Source: Eledone cirrhosa
Lineage: Eukaryota
Reading direction: 5' to 3'
Assembly: GCA_964016885.1 (NCBI GenBank)
Contig: CAXHJY010000275.1
Coordinates: forward strand, 124,001 to 188,000
Length of the DNA stretch: 64,000 nucleotides
Part shown: positions 37,701 through 48,889 of the stretch, piece by piece
How positions within the stretch are numbered: the first letter of the stretch is position 1
Layout: each line of letters begins with the position of its first letter
Notes under the pieces: generated by a model
Databases searched by the model: none
Told to the model about the DNA's origin: nothing
What the model saw: the letters and a program-made list of their open reading frames with translations, nothing else
Program-made: the position numbers and the translations under genes

Positions 37701-40700
37701 ACATCAGAGTGATGCTTCCCCTAGACAGACTAACACACACGGCTGACATCAGAGTGATCCTTCCACTAGACAGACTGCCACACATGGCTGACATCAGAGT
37801 GATCATTCCTCTAGACAGACTACCACACACGGCTGACATCAGAGTGATCATTCCTCTAGACAGACTACCACACATGGCTGACATCAGAGTGATGCTTCCC
37901 CTAGACAGACTGCCACACATGGCTGACATCAGAGTGATGCTTCCCCTAGACAGACTACCACACATGGCTGACATCAGAGTGATCCTTCCCCTAGACAGAC
38001 TGCCACACACGGCTGACATCAGAGTGATCATTCCTCTAGACAGACTACCACGCATGGCTGACATCAGAGTGATCCTTCCCCTAGACAGACTACCACGCAT
38101 GGCTGACATCAGAGTGATCCTTCCCCTAGACAGACTGCCACACATGGCTGACATCAGGGTGACCCTTCCCCTAGACAGACTACCACACGCGGCTGACATC
38201 AGAGTGATCATTCCTCTAGACAGACTACCACACATGGCTGACATCAGAGTGATCCTTCCCCTAGACAGACTGCCACACACGGCTGACATCAGAGTGATCA
38301 TTCCTCTAGACAGACTACCACGCATGGCTGACATCAGAGTGATCCTTCCCCTAGACAGACTACCACGCATGGCTGACATCAGAGTGATCCTTCCCCTAGA
38401 CAGACTGCCACACATGGCTGACATCAGGTGACCCTTCCCCTAGACAGACTACCACACGCGGCTGACATCAGAGTGATCATTCCTCTAGACAGACTACCAC
38501 ACATGGCTGACATCAGAGTGATCCTTCCCCTAGACAGACTGCCACACATGGCTGACATCAGAGTGATCCTTCCCCTAGACAGACTGCCACACATGGCTGA
38601 CATCAGAGTGATCCTTCCCCTAGACAGACTACCACACATGGCTGACATCAGAGTAACCCTTCCCCTAGACAGACTACCACACAGGGCTGACATCAGAGTG
38701 ATCCTTCCCCTGGACAGACTGCCACACATGGCTGACATCAGAATGATCCTTCCCCTAGACAGACTACCACACATGGCTGACATCAGAGTGATCCTTCCCC
38801 TAGACAGACTACCACACATGGCTGACATCAGAGTAACCCTTCCCCTAGACAGACTACCACACATGGCTGACATCAGAGTGATCATTCCCCTAGACAGACT
38901 GCCACACATGGCTGACATCAGAGTAACCCTTCCCCTAGACAGACTACCACACACGGCTGACATCAGAGTGATCCTTCCCCTAGACAGACTGCCACACATG
39001 GCTGACATCAGAGTGATCCTTCCCCTAGACAGACTGCCACACTTGGCTGACATCATAGTGATCCTTCCCCTAGACAGACTGCCACACTTGGCTAACATCA
39101 GAGTAACCCTTCCCCTAGACAGACTACCACACAGGGCTGACATCAGAGTGATCCTTCCCCTAGACAGACTACAACACATGGCTGACATCAGAGTGATCCT
39201 TCCCCTAGACAGACTGCCACACATGGCTGACATCAGAGTGATCCTTCCCCTAGACAGACTACCACACATGGCTGACATCAGAGTAACCCTTCCCCTAGAC
39301 AGACTACCACACACGGCTGACATCAGAGTGATCCTTCCCCTAGACAGACTGCCACACATGGCTGACATCAGAGTGATCCTTCCCCTAGACAGACTGCCAC
39401 ACTTGGCTAACATCAGAGTAACCCTTCCCCTAGACAGACTACCACACAGGGCTGACATCAGAGTGATCCTTCCCCTAGACAGACTACAACACATGGCTGA
39501 CATCAGAGTGATCCTTCCCCTAGACAGACTACCACACATGGCTGACATCAGAGTGATCCTTCCCCTAGACAGACTGCCACACATGGCTGACATCAGAGTG
39601 ATGCTTCTCCTAGACAAACTACCACACATGGCTGACATCAGAGTGATCCTTCCCCTAGACAGACTGCCACACACGACTGACATCAGAGTGATCCTTCCCC
39701 TAGACAGACTGCCACACATGGCTGACATCAGAGTGACCCTTCCCCTAGACAGACTGCCACACATGGCTGACATCAGAGTGATCATTCCTCTAGACAGACT
39801 GCCACACATGGCTGACATCAGAGTGATCCTTCCCCTAGACAGACTACCACACTTAGCTGACATCAGAGTGATCCTTCCCCTAGACAGACTACAACACATG
39901 GCTGACATCAGAGTGATCCTTCCCCTAGACAGACTGCCACACATGGCTGACATCAGAGTGACCCTTCCCCTAGACAGACTGCCACACATGGCTGTCATCA
40001 GAATGATCCTTCCCCTAGACAGACTACCACGCACGGCTGACATCAGAGTGACCCTTCCCCTAGACAAACTGCCACACATGGCTGACATCAGAGTAACCCT
40101 TCCCCTAGACAGACTGCCACACACGGCTGACATCAGAATAATCCTTCCCCTAGACAGACTACCACACAGGGCTGACATCAGAGTGATCCTTCCCCTAGAC
40201 AGACTGCCACACATGGCTGACATCAGAGTGATCCTTCCCCTAGACAGACTGCCACACATGGCTGACATCAGAGTGATCCTTGCCCTAGACAGACTGCCAC
40301 ACTTGGCTGACATCAGAGTAAACCTTCCCCTAGACAGACTACCACACAGGGCTGACATCAGAGTGATCCTTCCTCTAGACAGACTGCCACACTTGTCTGA
40401 CATCAGAGTGATCCTTCCCCTAGACAGACTGCCACACACGGCTGACATCAGAGTGATCCTTCCCCTAGACAGACTACCACACATGGCTGACATCAGAGTA
40501 ACCCTTCCCCTAGACAGACTGCCACACATGGCTGACATCAGAATGATCCTTCCCCTAGACAGACTACCACGCACGGCTGACATCAGAGTGACCCTTCCCC
40601 TAGACAGACTGCCACACATGGCTGACATCAGAGTAACCCTTTCCCTAGACAGACTGCCACACATGGCTGACATCAGAATAATCCTTCCCCTAGACAGAGT

Positions 40701-41910
40701 AACACACAGGGCTGACATCAGAGTGATCCTTCCCCTAGACATACTACCACGCACGGCTGACATCAGAGTGATCCTTCCTCTAGACAGACTACCACACACG
40801 GCTGACATCAGAGTGATCCTTCCTCTAGACAGACTACCACGCACGGCTGACATCAGAGTGATTCTTCCCTTAGACAGACTAACACGCACGGCTGACATCA
40901 GAGTGATCCTTCCACTAGACAGACTGCCACACATGGCTGACATCAGACTGATGCTTCCCCTATACAGACTACCACACATGGCTGACATCAGAGTGATCCT
41001 TCCCCTAGACAGACTGCCACACACGGTTGACATCAGAGTGATCCTTCCACTAGACAGACTGCCACACATGGCTGACATCAGAGTGATGCTTCCCCTATAC
41101 AGACTACCACACATGGCTGACATCAGAGTGATCCTTCCCCTAGACAGACTGCCACACACGGTTGACATCAGAGTGATCATTCCTCTAGACAGACTACCAC
41201 GCATGGCTGACATCAGAGTGATCCTTCCCCTAGACAGACTGCCACACATGGCTGACATCAGAATGATCCTTCCCCTAGACAGACTACCACGCACGGCTGA
41301 AATCAGAGTGACCCTTCCCCTAGACAGACTGCCACACATGGCTGACATCAGAGTGACCCTTCCCCTAGACAGACTGCCACACATGGCTGACATCAGAGTG
41401 ATCCTTCCCCTAGACAGACTACCACACTTAGCTGACATCAGAGTGATCCTTCCCCTAGACAGACTACCACACAGGGCTGACATCAGAGTGATCCTTCCCC
41501 TAGACAGACTACCACACAGGGCTGACATCAGAGTGATCTTTCCCCTAGACAGACTACCACACAGGGCTGACATCAGAGTGATCCTTCCCCTAGACAGACT
41601 ACCACACATGGCTGACACCAGAGTGATCCTTCCCCTAGACAGACTGCCACACATGGCTGACATCAGAGTGATCTTTCCCCTAGACAGACTACCACACAGG
41701 GCTGACATCAGAGTGATCCTTCCCCTAGACAGACTACCACACAGGGCTGACATCAGAGTGATCCTTCCCCTAGACAGACTACCACACAGGGCTGACATCA
41801 TAGTGATCTTTCCCCTAGACAGACTACCACACTTAGCTGACATCAGAGTGATCTTTCCCCTAGACAGACTACCACACAGGGCTGACATCAGAGTGATCCT
41901 TCCCCTAGAC
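28725..41910. repeat. 45-bp tandem array, about 293 units
   Basis: Consensus CTAGACAGACTRCCACACAYGGCTGACATCAGAGTGATCCTTCCC; contains a 3417-bp higher-order duplication. Confidence 0.98.
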
Positions 41911-44900
41911 GTAGTGTTGGTCAGTAGTGTTGTGGGATGTTGTCCCCTACTAGACTGGTCAGTAGTGTTGTGGGATGTTGTCCCCTACTAGACTGGTCAG
42001 TAGTGTTGTGGGATGTTGTCCCTTACTAAACTGGTCAGTAATGTTGTGGGATGTTGTCCCCTACTAGACTGGTCAGTAGTCTTGTGGGATGTTGTCCCCT
42101 ACTAGGTTGGTCAGTAATGTGGGATGTTGTCCCTACTAGGATGTTGTCCCTGCTAGGTTGATCAGTAAGTTTTGTGGGAAGTTGTCCCCTCCTAGACTGT
42201 TCAGTAATGTTGTCCCCTCCTAGACTGTTCAGTAATGTTGTCCCCTACTAGACTGGTCAGTAGTGTTGTGGGATGTTGTCCCCTACTAGGATGGTCAGCA
42301 ATGTTGTGGGATGTTGTCCCCTACTACACTGGTCAGTAATGTTGTGGATGTCCCCTACTAGGCTGGTCAGTAATGTTGTGGGATGTTGTCCCCTACTAGG
42401 TTGGTCAGTAATGTTGTGGGATGTTGTCCCCTACTAGGTTGGTCAGTAATGTTGTGGGATGTTGTCTCCTACTAGGCTGGTCAGTAATGTTGTGGATGTC
42501 CCCTACTAGACTGATCAGTAATGTTGTGGATGTCCCCTACTAGACTGGTCAGTAATGTTGTGGGATGTTGTCTCCTACTAGGTTGGTCAGTAATGTTGTG
42601 GATGTCCCCTACTAGGCTGGTCAGTAATGTTGTGGGATGTTGTCCCCTACTAGGTTGGTCAGTAATGTTGTGGGATGTTGTCCCCTACTAGACTGGTCAG
42701 TAATGTTGTGGGATGTTGTCCCCTGCTAGACTGGTCAGTAATGTTGTGGGATGTTGTCCCTACTAGACTAGTCAGTAATGTTGTGGGATGTAGTCCCCTA
42801 CTAGGCTGGTCAATAGTGTTGTGGGATGTTGTTCCCTACTAGACTGGTCAGTAGTGATGTGGGATGTTGTCCCCTACTAGACTGGTCAGTAGTGATGTGG
42901 GATGTTGTCCCCTACTAGAATGCTCAGTAATGTTGTGGGATGTAGTCCCCTACTAGGCTGGTCAATAGTGTTGTGGGATGTTGTTCCCTACTAGACTGGT
43001 CAGTAGTGATGTGGGATGTTGTCCCCTACTAGACTGGTCAGTAGTGATGTGGGATGTTGTCCCCTACTAGACTAGTCAGTAATGTTGTGTGATGTAGTCC
43101 CCTACTAGGCTGGTCAATAGTGTTGTGGGATGTTGTCCCCTACCAGGTTGGTCAGCGATGTTGTGGGATGTTGTTCCCTACTAGGTTGGTCAGTAGGGTT
43201 GTGGGATGTCGTCCCCTACTAGACTGGTCAGTAATGTTGTGATGTCCCCTACTAGACTGGTCAGTAATGTTGTGAGATGTTGTCCCCTACTAGGCTGGTC
43301 AGTATTGTTGTGGGATGTTGTCCCCTACTAGGTTAGTCAGTGTTAGTGTTGTGGGATGTTCCCTACCAGACTGGTCAGTAGTGTTGTGGGATGTTGTCCC
43401 CTACTCGGTTGGTAAGTAATGTTGTGGGATGTTGTCCCCTACTAGGTTGGTCAGTAGTGTTGTGGGATGTCCCCTACTAGACTGCTCGGTAGTGTTGTGG
43501 GATGTTCTCCCCTACTAGACTGGTCAGTAGTGTTGTGCGATGTCCCCTACTAAAATGTTCAGTAATCTTGTCCCCTACTAGACTGGTCAGTAGTGTTGTA
43601 GGATGTTGTCCCCTACTAGGCTGGTCAGTAGTGTTGTGGGATCTAGTCCCCTACTAGACTCGTGAGTAATTTTGTGGGATGTTGTCCCCTACTAGGTTGG
43701 TCATCAATGTTGTGGGATGTTGTCCCCTACTAGACTGTTCAGTAATGTTGTGGGATTTTGTCCCCTACTAGACTGGTCAGTAATGTTGTGGGATGTTGTC
43801 CCCTACTAGGTTGGTCAGTAGTGTTGTGGGATGTTGTCCCCTACTAGATTGGTCAGCAATGTTGTGGGATGTTGTCCCCTACTAGGTTGGTCAGCAATGT
43901 TGTGGGATGTTGTCCCCTACTAGACTGGTGAGTAATGTTGTGGGATGTTGTCCCCTACTAGATTGGTCAGCAATGTTGTGGGATGTTGTCCCCTACTGGA
44001 CCGGTCAGTAATGTTGTGGGATGTTGTCCCCTACTAGACTGGTGAGTAGTGTTGTGGGATGTTGTCCCCTACTAGATTGGTCAGCAATGTTGTGGGATGT
44101 TGTCCCCTACTGGACCGGTCAGTAATGTTGTGGGATGTTGTCCCCTTCTAGACTCGTGAGTAATTTTGTGGGATGTTGTACCCTACTAGGTTGGTCAGTC
44201 GTGTCGTGGGATGTTGTCCCCTACTAGACTGGTCAGTAGTGTTGTGGGATGTTGTCTCCTACTAGGTTGGTCAGTTGTTGTGGGATGTTGTCCCCTACAG
44301 GACCGGTCAGTAATGTTGTGGGATGTTGTCCCCTACTAGACTGGTGAGTAATGTTGTGGGATGTTGTCCCCTACTAGATTGGTCAGCAATGTTGTGGGAT
44401 GTTGTCCCCTACTGGACCGGTCAGTAATGTTGTGGGATGTTGTCCCCTACTAGACTGGTGAGTAGTGTTGTGGGATGTTGTCCCCTACTAGATTGGTCAG
44501 CAATGTTGTGGGATGTTGTCCCCCACTGGACCGGTCAGTATTGTTGTGGGATGTTGTCCCCTTCTAGACTCGTGAGTAATTTTGTGGGATGTTGTACCCT
44601 ACTAGGTTGGTCAGTCGTGTTGTGGGATGTTGTCCCCTACTAGACTGGTCAGTAGTGTTGTGGGATGTTGTCTCCTACTAGGTTGGTCAGTTGTTGTGGG
44701 ATGTTGTCCCCTACTAGACTGCTCAGTAATGTTGTGGGATGTTGTCCCTTACTAGACTAATCAGTAGTGTTGTGGGATGTTGTCCCCTACTAGACTGGTC
44801 AGTAGTGTTGTGGGATGTTGTCCCCTACTAGACTGGTCAGTAATGTGGGATGTTGTCCCTTACTAGACTGGTCAGTAGTGTTGTGGGATGTTGTCCCCTA

Positions 44901-45982
44901 CTAGGTTGGTCAGCAATGTTGTGGGATGTTGTCCCCTACTAGGTTGGTCAGTAGTGTTGTGGGATGTTGTCCCCTACTAGACTGGTCAGTAGTGTTGTGG
45001 GATGTTGTCCCCTACTAGACTGGTCAGTAGTGTTGTGGGATGTTGTCCCCTACTAGGTTGGTCAGTAGTGTTGTGGGATGTTGTCCCCTACTAGGTTGGT
45101 TAGTAATGTTGTGGGATGTTGTCCATGCTAGACTGGTCAGTAATGTTGTGGGATGTTGTCCCCTACTAGGCTGGTCCGTAGTGTTGTGGGATGTTGTCCC
45201 CTGCTAGACTGGTCAGTAGTGTTGTGGGATGTTGTCCCCTACTAGACTGGTCAGTAGCGTTGTGGGATGTTGTCTCCTACTAGACTGGTCATTTGTTGTG
45301 GGATGTTGTCCCCTACTAGACTGGTCAGTAGTGTTGTGGGATGGTGTCCCCTCATAGACTGGTCAGTAATGTTGTGGGATGGTGTCCCCTACTAGACTGG
45401 TCAGTAGTGTTGTGGGATGTTGTCCCTGCTAGGTTGGTCAGTAATAATTGTGGGATGTTGTCCCCTACTAGGTTGGGCAGTAGCGTTGTGGGATGTTGGC
45501 CCCTACTAGACTGGTCAGTAGTGTTGTGGGAAGTTGTCCCCTACTAGACTATTCAGTAATGTTGTCCCCTACTAGACTGGTCAGTAATGTTGTGGATGTC
45601 CCTTACTAGGCTGGTCAGTAATGTTGTGGGATGTCCCCTACTAGGCTGGTCAGTAATGATGTGGGATGTAGTCCCCTACTAGGCTGGTCAGTAATGTTGT
45701 GCGATGTTCCCTACTAGGCTGGTCAGTAATGTTGTGGTATGTAGTCCCCTACTAGACTGGTCAGTAGTGTTGTGGGATGTTGTCCCTTACTAGGTTTGTC
45801 AGCAATGTTGTGGGATGTTGTTCCCTACTAGGTTTGTCAGCAATGTTGTGGGATGTTGTCCCCTACTAGACTGGTCAATAATGTTGTGGGATGTTGTCTC
45901 CTACTAGACTGGTCAATAATGTTGTGGGATGTTGTCCCCTACTAGACTGGTCAGTAGTGTTGTGGGATGTTGTCCCCTACTG
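41911..45982. repeat. 38-bp tandem array, about 107 units, indel-rich
   Basis: Consensus CTACTAGACTGGTCAGTARTGTTGTGGGATGTTGTCCC. Confidence 0.97.
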
Positions 45983-46317
45983 CGTTGGTTAGAGAGGAGC
46001 AGGGTTGATCAATGATATATATAGCAGCACTGACTAGAAGAGGTTCAGTTTTGATGGTATGCAGCTAATATTGGATTTAATGAGTTATCTCATTATGTAA
46101 TAGAAGTGCACAAGAGGAAGTACCCATTACATAAGACTCCTCACTATTTCTTTCTTTTGAAGCTTTTTCTACAAACACTGTTTAATGGATTATGTTAGTT
46201 GCCACTGGTCTTAGTTGTTGGCAATACGAATCATATTACCCATGCAAATGGTGATGGTGATGTGTTGAACTTGCTCTTTGTTTCATTGTTAGACTCTGCT
46301 TTCGTTATATATTTCAG

Positions 46318-46368
46318 ATGACGATGTACAAGATGAACCACCGGTAAATTTATTTGCTAGTGCTAAAG
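46318..46368 (+). CDS. SUCO: SUCO-like 51-nt exon
   Basis: tttcAG/GTTAGA, phase 1-1. Encodes (D)DDVQDEPPVNLFASAK, which resembles the post-SUN NL-GSA motif of SUCO proteins (recalled, not searched). Confidence 0.75.
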
Positions 46369-46394
46369 GTTAGATGGTTTACTTTATTCATTCA

Positions 46395-46427
<33 letters not shown>

Positions 46428-46597
46428 GTATGTACATAGAGACATAGGCCTGGGCATGTAGTTGAGAAGTTTACTTTGCGACCATGTGGTTCCAGTTATG
46501 ATTTCAATGCCTGGTTCCTTCGACAAGTGTCTTTTACTATATAACCTTGGCTTCACTAATACCTTGTCAGTGGTATTTAGTAAATGGAAAGTCTTTT

Positions 46598-47052
46598 GAA
46601 TGTATGTGTATATATATATATCTGTGTTGAATGTATGTATATATATGTATCAGTGTGTTGAATGTATGTATATGTGTATCTGTGTGTGTTGAATGTATGT
46701 ATATGTGTATCTGTGTGTGTTGAATGTATGTATATGTGTATCTGTGTGTGTGTTGAATGTATATGTGTATCTGTGTGTGTTGAATGTATGTGTATCTGTG
46801 TGTGTTGAATGTATGTGTATATGTGTGTGTTGAATGTATGTGTATATGTGTGTGTTGAATGTATGTGTATCTGTGTGTTGAACGTATGTGTATATGTGTC
46901 TGTGTGTGTTGAATGTATGTATATGTGTATCTGTGTGTTGAATGTATGTGTATATGTATCTGTGTGTGTTGAATGTATGTGTATATGTATCTGTGTGTGT
47001 TGAATGTATGTGTATATGTATCTGTGTGTGTTATGTGTATGTGTATCTATGT
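46598..47052. repeat. TG-rich minisatellite (TGTTGAATGTATGTRTATGTGTATCTGTG-like units)
   Basis: Seen directly. Confidence 0.9.
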
Positions 47053-47679
47053 GTCCCCAAGTCATATGTTTACAGTTACATTAGTCAAAACCAAATTGAT
47101 GTTGTTACTTATGTACTGTAATTTAGTGGCTCAATAGATATCAATAGAATAAATGTCAGACTGAAATATTTCATATGATTGACTTACAAAAACCCTTTGA
47201 AGGTGATGTCCTAGCATGGCCATGATCCACTGACTGAAACCAGTAAACTGTGCCACAGCTTATATGTATGTTTGTTTGTGTGTCTTTCGTCAATAGACAT
47301 CAGCGAAGGGTGTAAACTTAGAGAAAACTGCTTTTCAAAGAAAGACCCTTAATGTTTCTTTTCTTCAATAAACCATTGATTAACCTGTTGAAAACCTGTA
47401 AACAGTAACATTATTATTGTTCACCAATTGCAATATAAAATATCCTATCTAATCCAGGGCCTTCTCACCCCTGTTAAAGGAACCCCTCCTTGGTTTACCT
47501 TCACTACTTTCTGTTTAGTTTTTGTTATGTTAGGGGTGTAGCCTACTCACAATGCTTTGACCAATTGCAGGTTGGTAACTCTAACCCATAGTTGGGGTGG
47601 ATGGCCGTTAACTCTGGGGAGTTCATCTGCCCTTCTAACAGCTCTTGTTGTCTCGAGCCCAGAGGCTCGTGAAGTTTGT

Positions 47680-47932
47680 GCTTATCCCAGTTTCCATGGT
47701 ATGAAGCAACTGAGAGTACAAAACTTTCTTCTTCCCCCGGACAGGATGTCATTTCATCTTAGCGTTCAACCTCCAGCTTTGCTGGAATCCATTTTCAGCT
47801 AAGTATACTGAAGCAACTTGAAATGAAGTGCTTTTTCTCAAGAACACAATAAACAACCCAGTCCAGGAATCAAACCCGCAATGTTACGATCATAAGTACA
47901 ATGCCCTTACCACTAGGCCATGTGCCTCCACC
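47680..47932 (-). mobile_element. tRNA/CORE-type SINE
   Basis: Minus-strand head GGAGGCACATGGCCTAGTGGTAAGGGC..GGTTTGATTCC, then the CORE-like segment. The 3' extent is uncertain. Confidence 0.7.
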
Positions 47933-48077
47933 ACTTGTATATGTCTCCACTACTTGTATGCATACATGCCCATTTCTATTTTTGATTCCACTTAAGTATT
48001 TAGCTATAATAATTGTGTGTATATCTGTTCTAATAGTATGCTAAATTCTTCTTGTCTTTTCATTTGCCTCTTCCCAG

Positions 48078-48242
48078 ACACAGTTTTAAGGTTGGTGAAG
48101 CATGTACTGACAACAGGTAATGAACAGGCGGCTAAAGAGAATACAGACAGCAGTGAAACTGATCATCCTGAAGACGGCAAATCAAATGTCACATCTCACA
48201 AAACTGATGTTAAAGCTCCTAATGTCACTATTCCATGTGGAG
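48078..48242 (+). CDS. SUCO: SUCO-like exon
   Basis: Long polypyrimidine tract ending cccAG, GTAATT donor, phase 1. Encodes (D)TVLRLVKHVLTTGNEQAAKENTDSSETDHPEDGKSNVTSHKTDVKAPNVTIPCG. Confidence 0.78.
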
Positions 48243-48264
48243 GTAATTCCTTATTATGTTATTC

Positions 48265-48575
48265 TATGTATGACTTAAGTGGTTAGAGTGATGGGGTTTG
48301 CAATCATGAGGTTGTGCGTCCTAGACCGGGTGATGTGTCATGTCCTTGCTCCAGTTTACTTAACTGTAGACAGGAGTTGTAATACCACCAATGCCAATAT
48401 GTATCGGCATTGCACTTCCCTTGGATAGCATCGGTGGTGTGGAGAGGGAAGACTGGTAAGCATGGGTGATAGCTGGTCTTCCACAAACACACTTTGCCCA
48501 TACTTGTGCCTTGGAGGGGAACTTTATAGGTGCAAATCCCATGGTCATTTGTGACCGAAGTTGCTTTAGTAGAGT
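48265..48575 (+). mobile_element. Decayed tRNA/CORE SINE with a different tail
   Basis: GTGGTTAGAGTG..TTGCAATC..AGACCGGGTGATGTGT..TTGCTCCAGTTTACTTAACTGTAG matches the head of the 1824 SINE; the downstream sequence does not match its RTE tail. Confidence 0.6.
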
Positions 48576-48889
48576 CCACTCTGTTGGAAGCATTTGAACT
48601 ATGTCTCTGACCTGAGGAGATATCTTAATGCCCTGCTTCCTACGGCAGAAGCCCCCCCCCCCCTCCCATCAGTCACAGCAGTTTTTTTTCTTTACACCTC
48701 TCCACACACACTACCAGTCTTGGAGGCCCTGCAAATGATTGTGGGAGCTGCTCTTATTCTTTGACCTAAAGCATTGAAGAAAAGACTGAGCCGAATGTTG
48801 GTAATTAACGTGTAGCTTTGGTGGTGTACTTGTACAAGGCAGTATAGTTTCAGTATTGTAGAAATCATGTTACTTGGTATGTTCCAGAA

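Noticed and set aside
28701-41991. ORFs over 1000 aa on both strands (LPLDRLPHMADIRVI / MSAMCGSLSRGRITL repeats) as stand-alone genes
   Set aside because: The 45-bp unit is a multiple of 3 with few codons one step from a stop. It is open on both strands, frameshifted, has no unique N- or C-terminal domain, and lies in an intron.
46344-46349. GTAAAT as the donor of the 51-nt exon
   Set aside because: It would be phase 0, incompatible with the phase-1 exon at 48078, and would drop the NLFASAK motif.
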